DNA of 64,000 bases from Acidimicrobiaceae bacterium (GTDB lineage Bacteria > Actinomycetota > Acidimicrobiia > Acidimicrobiales > Acidimicrobiaceae), in NCBI GenBank assembly GCA_013044475.1, contig JABEUM010000169.1:2116-66115 (forward strand). Direction: 5' to 3'. The translations under genes and the position numbers were made by a program. The notes beneath the pieces are model-generated. The model saw nothing but the letters and a program-made list of their open reading frames with translations. It had not been told where the DNA came from and made no database searches. Shown in pieces: positions 8,291 to 20,495 of this stretch (the stretch's first letter is position 1; every line of letters begins with the position of its first letter).

Positions 8291-8995
8291 TTGAACAATA
8301 AGGTGTCAGAATTTACAGACGAATTTGAGGTTGCTGCGGACGGTTCTCTTGTCGAGGACGAGTTCACTGTGGGGGTTGTCGATGAGGACACACTCCTAAA
8401 CGAGGGCACCGAGGACGAAGCGGCCGAGTTTGAGCTGCTAGAAAGTCCATACGACCGAAGTGGTGACTGGTATGTCATCCACTCCTACGCGGGATACGAA
8501 AACAAGGTTAGATCGAACCTCCAGGCGAGAATTGCATCGATGGGCATGGAGGAGAGGATCTTCGAGGTTGAGATTCCAGTAGAAGACGTGACAGAGTTTA
8601 AAAATGGCAAGAAGGTCACATCTCAAAAGAAGGTCTTCCCGGGCTACATAATGGTCCGCTGCTATATGGATGACGATGTCTGGCAGGTGGTTCGGAACAC
8701 CCCGGGAGTTACCGGATTCGTGGGGTTGGGATCAAAGCCGACTTCGCTTTCTCGGCGAGAGGTTGAATCGATGCTTCAGTTCCAGACGGTCGCTCACGAG
8801 GCGCTGCGGAGGCTCAAGCCAAAGGTTGACTTTGAAATCGGTGAGACGGTCAGGGTGAAAGAAGGTCCACTTGCGGACTTCTCCGGTGAGATATCGGAGA
8901 TTAATGAAGACCAGATGAAGTTGAAGGTGCTCTTCAATATCTTTGGTCGTGAGACCCCGGTCGAACTGGAGTTTGCGCAGGTCTCGAAGCTCTAG
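8291..8995 (+). CDS. nusG: Transcription termination/antitermination factor NusG
   Basis: [14 protein letters not shown] (NGN domain), [14 protein letters not shown], and the KOW motif [22 protein letters not shown]. Acidic N-terminal extension of about 55 aa, as in actinobacterial NusG. Confidence 0.95.
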   Translation: MNNKVSEFTDEFEVAADGSLVEDEFTVGVVDEDTLLNEGTEDEAAEFELLESPYDRSGDWYVIHSYAGYENKVRSNLQARIASMGMEERIFEVEIPVEDVTEFKNGKKVTSQKKVFPGYIMVRCYMDDDVWQVVRNTPGVTGFVGLGSKPTSLSRREVESMLQFQTVAHEALRRLKPKVDFEIGETVRVKEGPLADFSGEISEINEDQMKLKVLFNIFGRETPVELEFAQVSKL

Positions 8996-9074
8996 TGAAT
9001 TTGTGGCCGGACTCGAGAGTCCCGGCTCATGGTGGAAGTTGTCAAGTCGATAGCAAGTTGAGGATGTATCAAAG

Positions 9075-9503
9075 ATGGCAAAGCGTACCGTAACTGCGGT
9101 TGTGAAGATCAACCTTCCAGCGGGTTCGGCCACTCCGGCCCCGCCGGTAGGAACCGCACTTGGACCACACGGAATTCAGACGATGGAGTTCGTGAAGCAG
9201 TACAATGCTGCAACAGAGAGCCAAAAGGGGCAGATTATCCCCGTTGAGGTAACTATATTTAACGACCGCTCCTTCAGTTTTATACTGAAGACCCCTCCGA
9301 CCCCGGTTCTGGTTCGCCAGGCTGCCGGAGTTCCGAAGGGATCGGCCACGAATCGTAAGGTCCAGGTTGGGACGATTACGAGGGCACAGGTTGAAGAGAT
9401 CGCAAGGACCAAGATGCCGGACTTAAACGCATATGACATCGAGGCCGCTATCAAACAAGTGATAGGGACCGCGGAGTCTATGGGTATCGCGCTGGCGGAC
9501 TAA
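9075..9503 (+). CDS. rplK: 50S ribosomal protein L11 (uL11)
   Basis: [44 protein letters not shown]. Conserved position after nusG. Confidence 0.97.
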   Translation: MAKRTVTAVVKINLPAGSATPAPPVGTALGPHGIQTMEFVKQYNAATESQKGQIIPVEVTIFNDRSFSFILKTPPTPVLVRQAAGVPKGSATNRKVQVGTITRAQVEEIARTKMPDLNAYDIEAAIKQVIGTAESMGIALAD

Positions 9504-9534
9504 CAGCCCTGAAGGGCAGTATTGGGAGATCATA

Positions 9535-10266
9535 ATGGCAACGCTAACTAAAAGGCAGAAGGCTTCGGCCCAAGCCTTCGATAAGACAAAGCTTCACGCT
9601 CCGATCGAGGCTATTTCCATAGTAAAAAAGACAGCCACTGCGAAGTTCGACGAGACAGTAGAACTAGCTGTGAGACTAGGAGTCGATCCCAGGAAGGCGG
9701 ATCAGATTGTTAGGGGAACGGTTTCTCTTCCAGCTGGTACCGGAAGAGAAGTGAGGATCGCCGTCTTCGCAGCCGGTGAGGCCGCCCAAGAAGCTAAGGA
9801 CGCTGGGGCCGACGTTGTCGGGGCCGATGACCTAGTAAATCGGGTTCAATCAGAAGGTTTTTTAGAGTTCGACGTTGCTATAGCGACACCGGACATGATG
9901 GCGCAGGTTGGAAAGCTCGGACGTGTGCTCGGTCCGAGGGGTCTAATGCCAAATCCCAAGACCGGAACGGTTACTACTGACGTCGCTAAGGCAGTGACGG
10001 AGTTCAAAGGCGGACGGGTAGAGTATCGCACCGACAAGGTCGGCATTATCCATCTTCCAATCGGCAAGGCGTCTTTTGGCGCAGAAAAGCTGGCCGAGAA
10101 CTTTAGGGCAGCCTTAGAAGAGCTTCAGAGGGCGAAGCCGGCGTCGGCAAAGGGTAAGTATCTGAGGACAATTGCTCTTTCGTCTTCGCAAGGGCCCGCA
10201 GTAAAAATAGATACAAACCGGGTCAGAATTTTCGACGAGGAGATTCAAGCGGCGGCCAACGCCTAA
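9535..10266 (+). CDS. rplA: 50S ribosomal protein L1 (uL1)
   Basis: [33 protein letters not shown] and [15 protein letters not shown] signatures. Confidence 0.97.
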   Translation: MATLTKRQKASAQAFDKTKLHAPIEAISIVKKTATAKFDETVELAVRLGVDPRKADQIVRGTVSLPAGTGREVRIAVFAAGEAAQEAKDAGADVVGADDLVNRVQSEGFLEFDVAIATPDMMAQVGKLGRVLGPRGLMPNPKTGTVTTDVAKAVTEFKGGRVEYRTDKVGIIHLPIGKASFGAEKLAENFRAALEELQRAKPASAKGKYLRTIALSSSQGPAVKIDTNRVRIFDEEIQAAANA

Positions 10267-10418
10267 AAGGGCAACTATATTCATTCAGGTAGCTGAATTA
10301 ACTTTCGATTCGCTCAAGAGGTCCGGTGCCGTAAGGCTTAAAGGTCACTGACCGCCTGATGAGGCGATCTCTACGGGTCGGCAGAGAGAACAGCTCCATT
10401 GTGTACCCGAGGAGAGAT

Positions 10419-10955
10419 ATGGACAATCCACGGCCAGAAAAGGTCGCGATCGTCGAAGAGTTAAAGGGCAGGTTTAAATCCGCCCAAGCAGTGCTGGTAA
10501 CCGAGTACCGAGGCCTAAAGGTCACGGACCTTGAGGAGATCAGGCGCAAGCTCAGAGACACCGGCGGCGAATACAAAGTGTTCAAGAACACCTTGGTTAG
10601 AATAGCCGCAGATCAAAGTGGACTATCTGAGTTGGATCAACTGCTTGTTGGTCCAACTGGATTGACCTTTGTTTCTGGAGACGTCGCTGAGGTTGCAAAA
10701 AGTCTCAGAGACCTTTCTAAGGCAAAGCCCGCCTTAGTTATAAAAGGCGGAGTCCTCTCCGGCAAGCCCATCGGCGCCCAAGCCGCTCTTGCCTTAGCAG
10801 ACCTTCCCTCTAGGGATGCTCTGCTAAGCCAGATCGCAGGCGTAATGGCCGCACCGATGAGGGATTTTGCTGGTCTGTTGAAGGCCCTTCCGCAGAACTT
10901 CGCTTATGCCCTTTCGGCGTTGGTGGAGAAGAAGAGTCAAGACGAAGCGGCCTAA
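10419..10955 (+). CDS. rplJ: 50S ribosomal protein L10 (uL10)
   Basis: MDNPRPEKVAIVEELKGRFKSAQAVLVTEYRGLKVTDLEEIRRKLR. ATG 10419 follows GAGGAG. The ORF-track start at 10359 adds 20 non-conserved residues. Confidence 0.93.
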   Translation: MDNPRPEKVAIVEELKGRFKSAQAVLVTEYRGLKVTDLEEIRRKLRDTGGEYKVFKNTLVRIAADQSGLSELDQLLVGPTGLTFVSGDVAEVAKSLRDLSKAKPALVIKGGVLSGKPIGAQAALALADLPSRDALLSQIAGVMAAPMRDFAGLLKALPQNFAYALSALVEKKSQDEAA

Positions 10956-11021
10956 GCCCAAGTGTACTAAAAAGCTTTCGACCGTCGCGAAGGATGGTCG
11001 GAGATCGTAAAGGAGATCCTT

Positions 11022-11408
11022 ATGGCAACAAAACAAGAAGTACTCGATTCAATAGCAAATATGACCGTTCTTGAGCTTTCAGAGCTCCTCAAAGAGTTCG
11101 AAGAGCGTTTCGGTGTAACCGCAGCAGCGCCAGTAGCCGTAGCGGCTGCGCCAGCTGGCGGTGGTGCAGGGGCGGATGCCGCTGCACCTGAGGAGCAGGA
11201 CGAATTCGACGTCGTGCTGATCTCGGCAGGCGAGAAGAAGATCCAGGTCATCAAGGAGGTCAGGACCCTTACGAACCTCGGACTTAAAGAGGCGAAGGAC
11301 CTGGTTGATGGTGCCCCCAAGCCAGTGCTTGAGAAGGTCTCTAAGGAAGATGCCGAGAAGGCAAAGGGCCTCCTGGAAGGCGCCGGCGCTACTGTCGAAC
11401 TCAAGTAG
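11022..11408 (+). CDS. rplL: 50S ribosomal protein L7/L12 (bL12)
   Basis: N-terminal dimerisation helix, Ala/Pro-rich hinge, and C-terminal [43 protein letters not shown]. Confidence 0.97.
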   Translation: MATKQEVLDSIANMTVLELSELLKEFEERFGVTAAAPVAVAAAPAGGGAGADAAAPEEQDEFDVVLISAGEKKIQVIKEVRTLTNLGLKEAKDLVDGAPKPVLEKVSKEDAEKAKGLLEGAGATVELK

Positions 11409-11426
11409 TTAGGGTTTTTATTTATT

Positions 11427-11468
11427 GCCCGGGCGCCTCATTTGGCGTCCGGGCTTATCATTTTTTTT
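11427..11468 (+). terminator. Intrinsic terminator/attenuator after rplL
   Basis: Stem GCCCGGGCGCC / GGCGTCCGGGC (one G-T), loop TCATTT, then TTATCATTTTTTTT. Confidence 0.75.
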
Positions 11469-11697
11469 GGTTTGATGCTACGATAGACGCCAAGAAGGAT
11501 TATTTTCTAGATACCAAGGGGATTCTTTGGTGTCTTTTTGGTCACCTTCTCGTCAGATTGGTGTATATTTAAAAGAGTCGTGCGCGGTGTCCCCTTTTTC
11601 AGGCTGTTTTCGCCGTATTGCCGCGCCCTCAAACAGGTAATCAGACCAAATATTTCATCGATTTGTTACTAGCGCGCCTTCCTATAGGAGATGTCAG

Positions 11698-14600
11698 TTG
11701 AACTCTCGTATTCAGTCACCCGAGAGATTCTCTTTCGCTAACCTAGCTGAGGTCATGCCTCTGCCTGACCTTATTGCGATACAGAGAGAGTCTTTCGATT
11801 GGTTCTTAGAGCACGGATTGGCCGAAACCTTCCGCGATATCTCGCCGATCGAAGACTTCGGCGGTCAGTTGCGGCTCGAATTAGATTTCGACCCAAATGA
11901 TCAGGACCTCAAGCCACTTCCGAAATATAGCGAAGAGGAGTGCAGGGAGAAGGATCTCACTTATTCGATTCCGATCTTTGTCAAGGCGACTTTTTCTAAC
12001 CGCGTGACTGGTGAGATCAAAGAGCAGACGGTATTTATGGGCGACTTCCCGATGATGACTGAGAAGGGTACCTTCATCATCAACGGGACGGAGAGGGTCG
12101 TCGTTTCACAGCTGGTCCGGTCTCCCGGGGTACTGTTCCAAGCGGGCAGGGACGGCAAGACCGTTCTGACCGCGACCATCCACCCCTACCGAGGCGAGTG
12201 GATTGAGTTTGACGTCGAGAGAAAGCCCGGAAGGGACATTAACGTAGGTGCCAGAGTCGCAAGGAAGCGGCGGCTAAGCCTCTTTACCGTGGTGCGGGCG
12301 CTTGGTTATGACCAGGTGGACGTTATAGATCGGCTTGTGAGCCACTTCGACTACCTCGGGGCACAGTGGGAAAAAGAGCGCTCTGACGGTCTTACTCAAG
12401 ATGGCGCGTTGGTCGAAATATTCCGGAAGGCACGCCCCGGCGAGCCTCCAACACTCGACGCAGCGAGAAACTACTTTGAAAACGCCTTTTTCTCCTCGAA
12501 GCGTTACGATCTTACCAAGGTCGGCCGGTATAAGTTGGCTCGTAAGCTTGGCCCAGAGATAACCAAGATGTCTGAGATTCTAGGCATAGATCTTGAGCAC
12601 CCGGGCGACCACGAGACCGTACTCCACCGAAATGAGATTCTCACTACCGCGACCTACATGCTGCATCTGGCGGATAACGCGCCTGGGTATCGGATGGACG
12701 ATCAGGACCACTTCGCAAACAGGAGGGTCAGGAGCGTCGGCGAGCTGATCCAAAATCAGTTGAGGCTAGGACTTTCTAGACTCGAGAGATTGGTTCGGGA
12801 GCGGATGACGACGCAGGACGTCGAGGCAATTACACCTCAGACGCTAATTAATATCCGGCCAGTGGTCGCGGCGATTCGTGAGTTCTTCGGTACGTCGCAG
12901 CTTTCGCAGTTCATGGATCAGAACAATCCGTTGTCAGGTTTGGCCCATAAGCGTAGGCTTTCGGCGCTAGGACCGGGGGGCCTTTCCAGAGAGCGCGCCG
13001 GATTCGAAGTGCGAGATGTTCACACTTCGCACTACGGGAGGATGTGTCCGATCGAGACCCCAGAGGGTCCGAACATCGGTCTAATTGGTGCCCTGGCTAC
13101 CTATGCAAAGGTAAATGATTTTGGCTTTATCGAGACGCCTTACCGAAAGGTAGTCGGGGGGAAGGTAACCGATGAGATCGTCTACCTCGCAGCCGACGAG
13201 GAAGAAGAGTACGTCATTGCTCAGGCAAACGCTAAGATCGGTCCAGATGGGAGCTTCACCGAAGATCGCGTGCTAGCACGTAGGTCTCCGCTTGGAGCCG
13301 GTGTCAGGGTCGAGGGAAATACGACGACCTACGGACTCACCTCTGAAGTCGACTTTGTACCACCGTCGGAGATCGACATGATGGACGTGTCTCCTAAGCA
13401 GATCGTCTCGGTGTCGACATCACTTATTCCGTTCGTAGAACATGACGACGCCAACAGGGCGCTGATGGGTGCGAACATGCAGAAGCAGGCGGTTCCACTC
13501 GTGGTGCCTGAGGCTCCATATATCGGTACCGGAGTAGAGGCCAGAGCGGCGAGGGATGCTGGAGACGTGCTTTTGGCCGAAGGGTCCGGTGTTGTCTCCG
13601 ATGTTTCTGGCGAAGTCATAACGGTCGAATATGATTCAGGCCAGACCAACAGGCTGGGAGTACCGCTAGGGCGCAAGCTTCATCGCCTGCTAAAGTTTCG
13701 CCGCTCCAACCAGAACACCTGCATGAACCAGAAGATTCTGGTCGAAGTGGGCCAGAGGGTAGAGAGGGGTGATGTCCTTGCGGATGGTCCCTCTACCCAT
13801 AACGGAGAGCTCGCACTTGGCAAGAACCTACTGGTTGCCTTCATGCCTTGGGAAGGCTACAACTACGAGGACGCAATAATCCTTTCAGAGCGGTTGGTCA
13901 AAGACGACGTTCTCACCTCGATTCACATTGAGGAATACGAGATCGATGCTAGGGATACCAAACTTGGCGCCGAGGAGATTACCAGGGATATCCCGAATCT
14001 ATCTGACGAGGTGACTGCGGACCTAGATGAGCGTGGAATCATCCGCATTGGAGCCGAAGTTGGTCCGGGAGATATTCTGGTTGGCAAGGTTACTCCTAAG
14101 GGTGAAACCGAGCTAACTCCTGAAGAGCGTCTCTTGAGGGCGATATTTGGTGAGAAGTCTCGTGAGGTGCGAGATACTTCGCTCAAGGTTCCCCACGGGG
14201 AGTCGGGTAAGGTTATCGACGTCAGAGTATCGACTCGGGATGATACATCTGAGCTTCCACCTGGTGTAAATCAGCTGGTAAGAGTGTATGTTGCCCAGAG
14301 GCGTAAGATCACCGAAGGCGACAAGCTGGCTGGTAGGCATGGAAACAAGGGTGTAATCTCCAAGATTCTTCCGGTCGAGGATATGCCTTATTTTGCCAAT
14401 GGCATGCCGGTAGACATCATCCTGAGCCCACTAGGCGTTCCGAGCCGAATGAATGTCGGCCAGGTCCTGGAGAGCCACCTCGGCTACGCCGCAAGGTGGG
14501 GCTGGTCCGGTAATGAACTCGCAAAGCCGCCGATCAGCGGGACTGAGACGAAAACACGTCCGAGGACCGAGCCTTCCACTTGGATCGCAACGCCAGTTTT

Positions 14601-15258
14601 TGACGGTGCCCACTGGGACGAAGAAGACAAAGCTGGGATCAAGCCGACAATTCAGCAGATATTTGAGGATTTGAACCCAGAGTCGGATGAAAGCGGCAGG
14701 CTGATCGGAATCGACGGTAAGGCAGAGCTGTACAACGGCCGAACCGGCGAGAGGTATGACAACAGGATTTCGGTCGGGTATGTCTATATCCTTAAACTTG
14801 CCCACCTGGTCGATGACAAGATCCACGCACGTTCGACCGGACCATACTCGATGATCACTCAGCAGCCGCTGGGCGGTAAGGCGCAGTTCGGTGGACAGCG
14901 TTTTGGAGAGATGGAAGTGTGGGCTCTAGAAGCATACGGAGCCGCTTATGCACTTCAGGAACTCCTGACGATCAAGTCCGACGACGTCTTGGGACGCGTC
15001 AAGGTCTACGAGTCGATTGTCAAGGGAGAAAATATTCCTGAGCCAGGTATCCCTGAAAGCTTCAAGGTTTTGATCAAAGAGATGCAGTCTCTGTGTCTGA
15101 ATGTGGAGGTTATCTCCTCTTCGGGCGAAGAGATACAGATGAAAGAGCTAGATGAGTCGGCTTATCGAACTGCGGAAGAGTTGGGGATTGACCTATCTCG
15201 TCCTGAACGTGGATCCGACTTGGATGACCAGCTCCGTGGAAATGAGAGGGGTCTATAG
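11698..15258 (+). CDS. rpoB: DNA-directed RNA polymerase subunit beta
   Basis: 1186 aa. The rifampicin-cluster region [45 protein letters not shown] has wild-type Asp, His and Ser at the classic resistance positions. TTG start after AGGAG. Confidence 0.98.
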   Translation: MNSRIQSPERFSFANLAEVMPLPDLIAIQRESFDWFLEHGLAETFRDISPIEDFGGQLRLELDFDPNDQDLKPLPKYSEEECREKDLTYSIPIFVKATFSNRVTGEIKEQTVFMGDFPMMTEKGTFIINGTERVVVSQLVRSPGVLFQAGRDGKTVLTATIHPYRGEWIEFDVERKPGRDINVGARVARKRRLSLFTVVRALGYDQVDVIDRLVSHFDYLGAQWEKERSDGLTQDGALVEIFRKARPGEPPTLDAARNYFENAFFSSKRYDLTKVGRYKLARKLGPEITKMSEILGIDLEHPGDHETVLHRNEILTTATYMLHLADNAPGYRMDDQDHFANRRVRSVGELIQNQLRLGLSRLERLVRERMTTQDVEAITPQTLINIRPVVAAIREFFGTSQLSQFMDQNNPLSGLAHKRRLSALGPGGLSRERAGFEVRDVHTSHYGRMCPIETPEGPNIGLIGALATYAKVNDFGFIETPYRKVVGGKVTDEIVYLAADEEEEYVIAQANAKIGPDGSFTEDRVLARRSPLGAGVRVEGNTTTYGLTSEVDFVPPSEIDMMDVSPKQIVSVSTSLIPFVEHDDANRALMGANMQKQAVPLVVPEAPYIGTGVEARAARDAGDVLLAEGSGVVSDVSGEVITVEYDSGQTNRLGVPLGRKLHRLLKFRRSNQNTCMNQKILVEVGQRVERGDVLADGPSTHNGELALGKNLLVAFMPWEGYNYEDAIILSERLVKDDVLTSIHIEEYEIDARDTKLGAEEITRDIPNLSDEVTADLDERGIIRIGAEVGPGDILVGKVTPKGETELTPEERLLRAIFGEKSREVRDTSLKVPHGESGKVIDVRVSTRDDTSELPPGVNQLVRVYVAQRRKITEGDKLAGRHGNKGVISKILPVEDMPYFANGMPVDIILSPLGVPSRMNVGQVLESHLGYAARWGWSGNELAKPPISGTETKTRPRTEPSTWIATPVFDGAHWDEEDKAGIKPTIQQIFEDLNPESDESGRLIGIDGKAELYNGRTGERYDNRISVGYVYILKLAHLVDDKIHARSTGPYSMITQQPLGGKAQFGGQRFGEMEVWALEAYGAAYALQELLTIKSDDVLGRVKVYESIVKGENIPEPGIPESFKVLIKEMQSLCLNVEVISSSGEEIQMKELDESAYRTAEELGIDLSRPERGSDLDDQLRGNERGL

Positions 15259-18200
15259 GTGCTAGATGTAAATAACTTTGACCAGCTTCGGATCGGTCTA
15301 GCAACGACCGACCACATAAGGAACTGGTCGCATGGCGAGGTTAAGAAGCCCGAGACCATTAACTATCGGACACTTCGACCTGAGAAGGATGGACTGTTCT
15401 GCGAGAAGATCTTCGGACCGACCCGCGACTGGGAATGCTACTGCGGTAAGTACAAGAGGGTTCGCTTCAAAGGAATCGTCTGTGAGCGCTGCGGAGTAGA
15501 GGTGACCCGCTCCAAGGTCCGCCGTGAGAGGATGGGCCACATAGAGCTAGCGGCTCCCGTCGTGCACATCTGGTACTTGAGGGGTACAAGGAGCTGGCTC
15601 GCCTATCTGCTCATGGGGACGACTCCGAAGGAGGAGTTGAAGGCCAAGCAGCTAGAGAAGGTCATCTATTTTGCGGCCAACTTGGTTACCTGGGTCGATG
15701 AGGACCGTCGGCATCTTGAGCTCGCCAACTTGGAAGCTGAGCTGCACGAGGAGCTGAAAGAGACCGAGGACGCTAGGACTATTGACATCGAGCGTAGGCT
15801 CCAGGCGTTAGAGCAGGAGATTGCCGAACTTGAGGTGCAAGGCGCCAAGGATTCTGAGGTTCGTGCCCGGCAGCGCACGGGAGAGAAGGAGATTTCGATA
15901 GCGCGTGAGCGCTTCGATCAGGAGATCGAGCTTGCTAAGCGAGCCTTTGATGAGTTTCGGGATCTTCATCCGCGCCAGATCATCGAGGACGAGATCCTCT
16001 GGAGAGAGATCTCAGATCGTTATGGTGAGTATTTCGAGGGCGGAATGGGTGCCGAGGCGATCCACAAGCTAATCGGCAGGCTCGACCTAGACGAAGAGGA
16101 GCGCAAGCTCCGCGAGATGATCGAGCCACTCGCACCTTCGAAGATCAATGAACAGACCCGCAAGTCACTGCCTAACCAAAGGCGGCAAAAGGCGATCAAG
16201 AGGCTTCGAATTGTCTCTGCCTTTAATCAAAGGGACGAAGCGGGTAGGCGAGTTAATGACCCGAGGGCGATGATCCTTGAGCTCGTTCCCGTGATCCCGC
16301 CGGATCTTCGGCCAATGGTTCAGCTTGACGGTGGACGTTTTGCCACTTCAGACCTGAATGACCTTTACAGAAGGGTTATTAACCGTAATAACCGCCTCAA
16401 GAGGTTGCTAGATCTTGGCGCTCCCGAGATTATCGTCAACAACGAGAAGCGGATGCTGCAAGAGGCCGTTGACGCACTTTTCGATAATGGCAGAAGGGGC
16501 CGACCCGTTACCGGACCAGGTAACAGGCCGCTCAAGAGTCTTTCGGATATGTTGAAGGGCAAGCAAGGCCGATTCCGTCAAAACCTTTTAGGGAAGAGGG
16601 TTGACTATTCGGGGCGATCTGTTATCGTCGTCGGACCGAACCTTCAGCTTCATCAGTGCGGTCTACCAAAGCAGATGGCACTCGAACTCTTCAAGCCCTT
16701 TGTAATGAAGAGGCTCGTCGATCTCGAGTACGCGCAAAATATCAAGAGCGCAAAGAGAATGGTTGAGCGCAGAAGGCCGCAAGTTTGGGAAGTGCTTGAC
16801 AACGTGATCAAGGAGCATCCAGTGCTCTTGAACCGTGCGCCTACGCTACACAGACTGGGAATTCAGGCATTTGAGCCGGTACTCGTCGAGGGTAAGGCGA
16901 TCCAGATCCATCCATTGGTCTGCACCGCCTTCAACGCAGACTTTGACGGCGACCAGATGGCTGTTCACCTTCCACTCTCGGCAGAAGCTCAGGCAGAAGC
17001 CAGAATTCTGATGCTCTCGGCAAATAACATCCTTTCGCCTGCCACCGGAAGACCGATTACGGTCCCGACGCAGGACATGGTGTTTGGTTGCTACTACCTG
17101 ACCATGGAGGTCGAGGGCGAGCCAGGTGAAGGCAGGACTTTCCGTCGCATCCACGAGATCGAGATGGCTTACGAAGAGAAGAGCCTCGGCTTGCACGCCA
17201 AGATCAATATGAGGCGCCAGGTTGGTGAAGACCAGGAGGGCATGCCTATCTACGAGGAGGTCCTTACTACCGCTGGAAGGGTGTTCTTCAACACTGCGCT
17301 CCCGGTGGACTTCCGTTTTATAAACGTGCTAGTTGGTAAGAGGTCGCTACCGATCGGCACCATTGTCGAAGAGATCGCGGCTAAGTATCCCAAGGCCGCC
17401 GTTCAAGAGAGCTTGGACAAGATCAAGGCTCTCGGTTTTCGTTTCGCTTCACAGTCCGGTCTGACGATATCGATAGATGACGTCAAGACACCTCCCGATA
17501 AGGCCCTCATTCTTGATAAGTACGAGAAAGAGGCCGAGAAGGCGGAGATGCAGTTCAAGAGGGGCTTTATCACCGACGACGAGCGTCGTCAAAAGGAGAT
17601 AGAGACCTGGACTTCGGCCAACTCGGAAGTCGGAAAGGCAATGGAGGCGATGCTTTCGCAGATCGGCTTCAACCCGCTGGACATGATGGTGGATTCGGGA
17701 GCCCGAGGCAACAGCCAGCAGATTAGGCAGATTTCCGGTATGAAGGGGTTGGTTTCTAACCCACGAGGCGAGATGATTCCTCGACCGATCAAGAGCTCCT
17801 TCCGTGAAGGTTTGTCGGTCTTGGAGTACTTCATTTCGACCCACGGCGCCAGAAAAGGCCTCGCAGACACCGCTTTGCGGACCGCTGACTCTGGTTATTT
17901 GACAAGAAGGCTGGTGGATGTCGCCCAAGAGTTGATCGTCCGTTCTGATGATTGCGGATCGACGAGGGGAATTTGGCTCGAAGATTTGAAGCCAGACGAA
18001 CCAGGCAAGAGGTTCTATATTGAGACCCGCGCTTATGGCCGGACCTTAGTCGAGCCAGTCAAGCTAGCTGGCGGCCGCGTTATACCGGTCGGAACTCTAT
18101 TGACCAACGACCTCGTTGCTGGGATCCGTGACGACCCAGGTGTCGACAGGATCAGGGTTAGGTCGGTGCTGACTTGCGAGGCGATGCAAGGTATCTGTGC

Positions 18201-19224
18201 GGTCTGCTACGGCCAGTCGCTTTCGGCCACGGGCCTTATCGAGCTGGGTGAAGCGGTCGGTGTTATAGCTGCCCAGTCGATCGGTGAGCCTGGAACCCAG
18301 CTGACTATGCGTACTTTCCACCAGGGTGGTATTGCAGGGCAGGACATCACCCATGGTCTGCCTAGGGTCGTGGAACTCTTCGAGGCAAGGACGCCAAAAG
18401 GCGCCGCAGTTCTATCGAGAACTACGGGAGTTGTCCGGGTAGAAGACGACGAGAACGGCAGGAAGGTTTCGGTAATCGGTGACGATGGAATCGACGAATC
18501 CCACTATCTCTCGACTCGTACTCACCTAGAGGTGCGAGACGGCCAAGAGGTTGAAGCCGGTGACGCTCTGGTCGAAGGACCGAAGGATCCAAAAGAACTC
18601 TTGGAGATCAGGGGAATTAGGGAGACCCAGCAGTACTTGGTCGAGGAAGTTCAGAAGGTCTATCGGGACCAAGGCGTGTCCATACACGACAAGCATATCG
18701 AACTTATTGTTCGTCAGATGCTTAGAAGGGTGCTAGTCGCTGAGCCCGGTGATTCGCCATTTTTGCCAGGCGAGAGGGTCGACACTCGGGTATATGCTGA
18801 GGTCAACTCCAAGCTTGCTGCAGATGGTGAGCGCCCCGCTGAAGGGAGACCTGAGCTGATGGGCATCACCAAGGCGTCTTTGGCTACGGATTCGTGGCTG
18901 TCTGCTGCCTCTTTCCAGGAAACGACGAGAATCCTTACAGAAGCGGCAATCGAAGGCAAGTCGGACTCGCTTTTGGGTCTTAAGGAGAACATCATCATAG
19001 GTAAGCTGATCCCGGCAGGTACGGGAATGCCCGCTTATCGGGAGATGTCTCCTTTTGCTCCAGATGCGAAGCCGCTTAATTACTGGTCGAGTAGGGAGTT
19101 CGACGATTTCGACGAGTTCGAAGTCGATGAGGACTACTACACGGGCAAGGTATTGGGGTCAGAGGCAGAATTTGACCCGAATGCCGGAATAGATCCCGAC
19201 GGAGGAGTCGCTTCAGAGGGATAA
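15259..19224 (+). CDS. rpoC: DNA-directed RNA polymerase subunit beta'
   Basis: 1321 aa. Zinc motif [23 protein letters not shown] and catalytic NADFDGD. The GTG start abuts the rpoB stop. Confidence 0.98.
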   Translation: MLDVNNFDQLRIGLATTDHIRNWSHGEVKKPETINYRTLRPEKDGLFCEKIFGPTRDWECYCGKYKRVRFKGIVCERCGVEVTRSKVRRERMGHIELAAPVVHIWYLRGTRSWLAYLLMGTTPKEELKAKQLEKVIYFAANLVTWVDEDRRHLELANLEAELHEELKETEDARTIDIERRLQALEQEIAELEVQGAKDSEVRARQRTGEKEISIARERFDQEIELAKRAFDEFRDLHPRQIIEDEILWREISDRYGEYFEGGMGAEAIHKLIGRLDLDEEERKLREMIEPLAPSKINEQTRKSLPNQRRQKAIKRLRIVSAFNQRDEAGRRVNDPRAMILELVPVIPPDLRPMVQLDGGRFATSDLNDLYRRVINRNNRLKRLLDLGAPEIIVNNEKRMLQEAVDALFDNGRRGRPVTGPGNRPLKSLSDMLKGKQGRFRQNLLGKRVDYSGRSVIVVGPNLQLHQCGLPKQMALELFKPFVMKRLVDLEYAQNIKSAKRMVERRRPQVWEVLDNVIKEHPVLLNRAPTLHRLGIQAFEPVLVEGKAIQIHPLVCTAFNADFDGDQMAVHLPLSAEAQAEARILMLSANNILSPATGRPITVPTQDMVFGCYYLTMEVEGEPGEGRTFRRIHEIEMAYEEKSLGLHAKINMRRQVGEDQEGMPIYEEVLTTAGRVFFNTALPVDFRFINVLVGKRSLPIGTIVEEIAAKYPKAAVQESLDKIKALGFRFASQSGLTISIDDVKTPPDKALILDKYEKEAEKAEMQFKRGFITDDERRQKEIETWTSANSEVGKAMEAMLSQIGFNPLDMMVDSGARGNSQQIRQISGMKGLVSNPRGEMIPRPIKSSFREGLSVLEYFISTHGARKGLADTALRTADSGYLTRRLVDVAQELIVRSDDCGSTRGIWLEDLKPDEPGKRFYIETRAYGRTLVEPVKLAGGRVIPVGTLLTNDLVAGIRDDPGVDRIRVRSVLTCEAMQGICAVCYGQSLSATGLIELGEAVGVIAAQSIGEPGTQLTMRTFHQGGIAGQDITHGLPRVVELFEARTPKGAAVLSRTTGVVRVEDDENGRKVSVIGDDGIDESHYLSTRTHLEVRDGQEVEAGDALVEGPKDPKELLEIRGIRETQQYLVEEVQKVYRDQGVSIHDKHIELIVRQMLRRVLVAEPGDSPFLPGERVDTRVYAEVNSKLAADGERPAEGRPELMGITKASLATDSWLSAASFQETTRILTEAAIEGKSDSLLGLKENIIIGKLIPAGTGMPAYREMSPFAPDAKPLNYWSSREFDDFDEFEVDEDYYTGKVLGSEAEFDPNAGIDPDGGVASEG

Positions 19225-19382
19225 AAGTCGCAAGGTGACCCGTTTGTTCCTGTAAGAATTACAATGGTGCAGGAACTACGGGTCGGTGCGCGTATCATGA
19301 TAGGTCGGGTCGTAGGGCCTTTTGGTCTCGACCAACAATTCGGGCTCACTTAGTGAGCGATTCAATGACGGAGAGGTAATTC

Positions 19383-19754
19383 GTGCCTACTATTGCCCAG
19401 CTGGTGCGTAAGGGGCGGGAGAGCAAGAGGTCTAAGACAAAGACCCCTGCACTAAAGGGTTCGCCCCAGCGCAGGGGGGTTTGCACCCGTGTCTATACGA
19501 CTACACCGAAGAAGCCGAACTCGGCTTTGAGAAAGGTTGCTCGTGTGCGCCTTACCAGTGGAGTTGAGATCACCGCATATATTCCTGGCGTTGGACACAA
19601 CCTCCAGGAGCACTCTATTGTGCTCGTGAGGGGCGGTAGGGTGAAGGACCTCCCAGGTGTGCGGTACAAGATCATTCGCGGGTCGCTCGATACCGCCGGA
19701 GTAAAGAATCGTAAGCAGGCTAGAAGCCGTTACGGTGCGAAGAAGGAGAAGTAG
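19383..19754 (+). CDS. rpsL: 30S ribosomal protein S12 (uS12)
   Basis: [12 protein letters not shown]...[17 protein letters not shown]...[12 protein letters not shown]. Both Lys residues associated with streptomycin resistance are wild type. Confidence 0.98.
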   Translation: MPTIAQLVRKGRESKRSKTKTPALKGSPQRRGVCTRVYTTTPKKPNSALRKVARVRLTSGVEITAYIPGVGHNLQEHSIVLVRGGRVKDLPGVRYKIIRGSLDTAGVKNRKQARSRYGAKKEK

Positions 19755-19759
19755 GCGAT

Positions 19760-20230
19760 ATGCCTAGGAAGGGCCCAGCCCCAAGGAGAGAGCTGATAGC
19801 GGATCCGATCTACAAGTCGGTGTTAGTTAGTCAGCTCGTCAATAAAATTCTCTCACGCGGGAAGAAGACACTCGCCGAGCACATTGTTTATGGTGCTCTG
19901 GAACAGGTCAAGGAGAAGACGGGTTCTGACCCATTGACCGTGCTTAAAAGGGCAGTCGAGAACACTCGACCAGAGCTCGAAGTTCGCTCCCGCAGGGTGG
20001 GAGGTGCTACTTACCAGGTGCCGGTTGAAGTGCGGCCACGTAGGGCAACGACTTTGGCTATTCGCTGGCTGGTAGGCCACTCGAAGTCGAGGCGTGAGAA
20101 GACGATGGTTTTGCGTTTAGCCGCAGAGATCCTCGATGCTTCGAACGGTATTGGAGCTTCGGTGAAGCGGCGTGAGGACATGCACAAGATGGCCGAGTCA
20201 AATAAGGCCTTTGCTCACTACCGCTGGTAG
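19760..20230 (+). CDS. rpsG: 30S ribosomal protein S7 (uS7)
   Basis: [20 protein letters not shown]...[23 protein letters not shown]...AFAHYRW. Confidence 0.98.
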   Translation: MPRKGPAPRRELIADPIYKSVLVSQLVNKILSRGKKTLAEHIVYGALEQVKEKTGSDPLTVLKRAVENTRPELEVRSRRVGGATYQVPVEVRPRRATTLAIRWLVGHSKSRREKTMVLRLAAEILDASNGIGASVKRREDMHKMAESNKAFAHYRW

Positions 20231-20495
20231 ATAGTTCTTCCGGATAATCCGGCTGTTAGTAGGTGTTACTTACCGGTTTTATGGCCTGACCTGCTGGTCA
20301 GGCCACTGGTACGAAAGGGTGGAGACTCGGTCCGCAGATAATGGATCGAGCGCACGCCGGTGGTTTAGTGGTTTGGGTGCCTATGGCCCTTTTGGGATAA
20401 TCCCTCCGGGTTTGGTGTCTTTTAGAGGATGAAGCGATGCGGCAGCGTGGCATTAGATCCTTAATTCAGAGATTGGCCGATCGAGGCGGCAAGAG

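Noticed and set aside
10359-10418. ORF-track N-terminal extensions of rplJ (also rplC 24304, rplN 29684, rplM 41045, tsaE 50806, HAD 45250, anti-sigma 7368)
   Set aside because: The conserved protein N-termini, RBS positions and ATGA/TAATG-type coupling to the upstream gene all support the internal starts given in the feature list.
10267-10418. L10 (rplJ) leader RNA
   Set aside because: A 152-nt untranslated region is present and such a leader is plausible. I could not confidently match the known L10-leader structure by eye, so it is not annotated as a feature.
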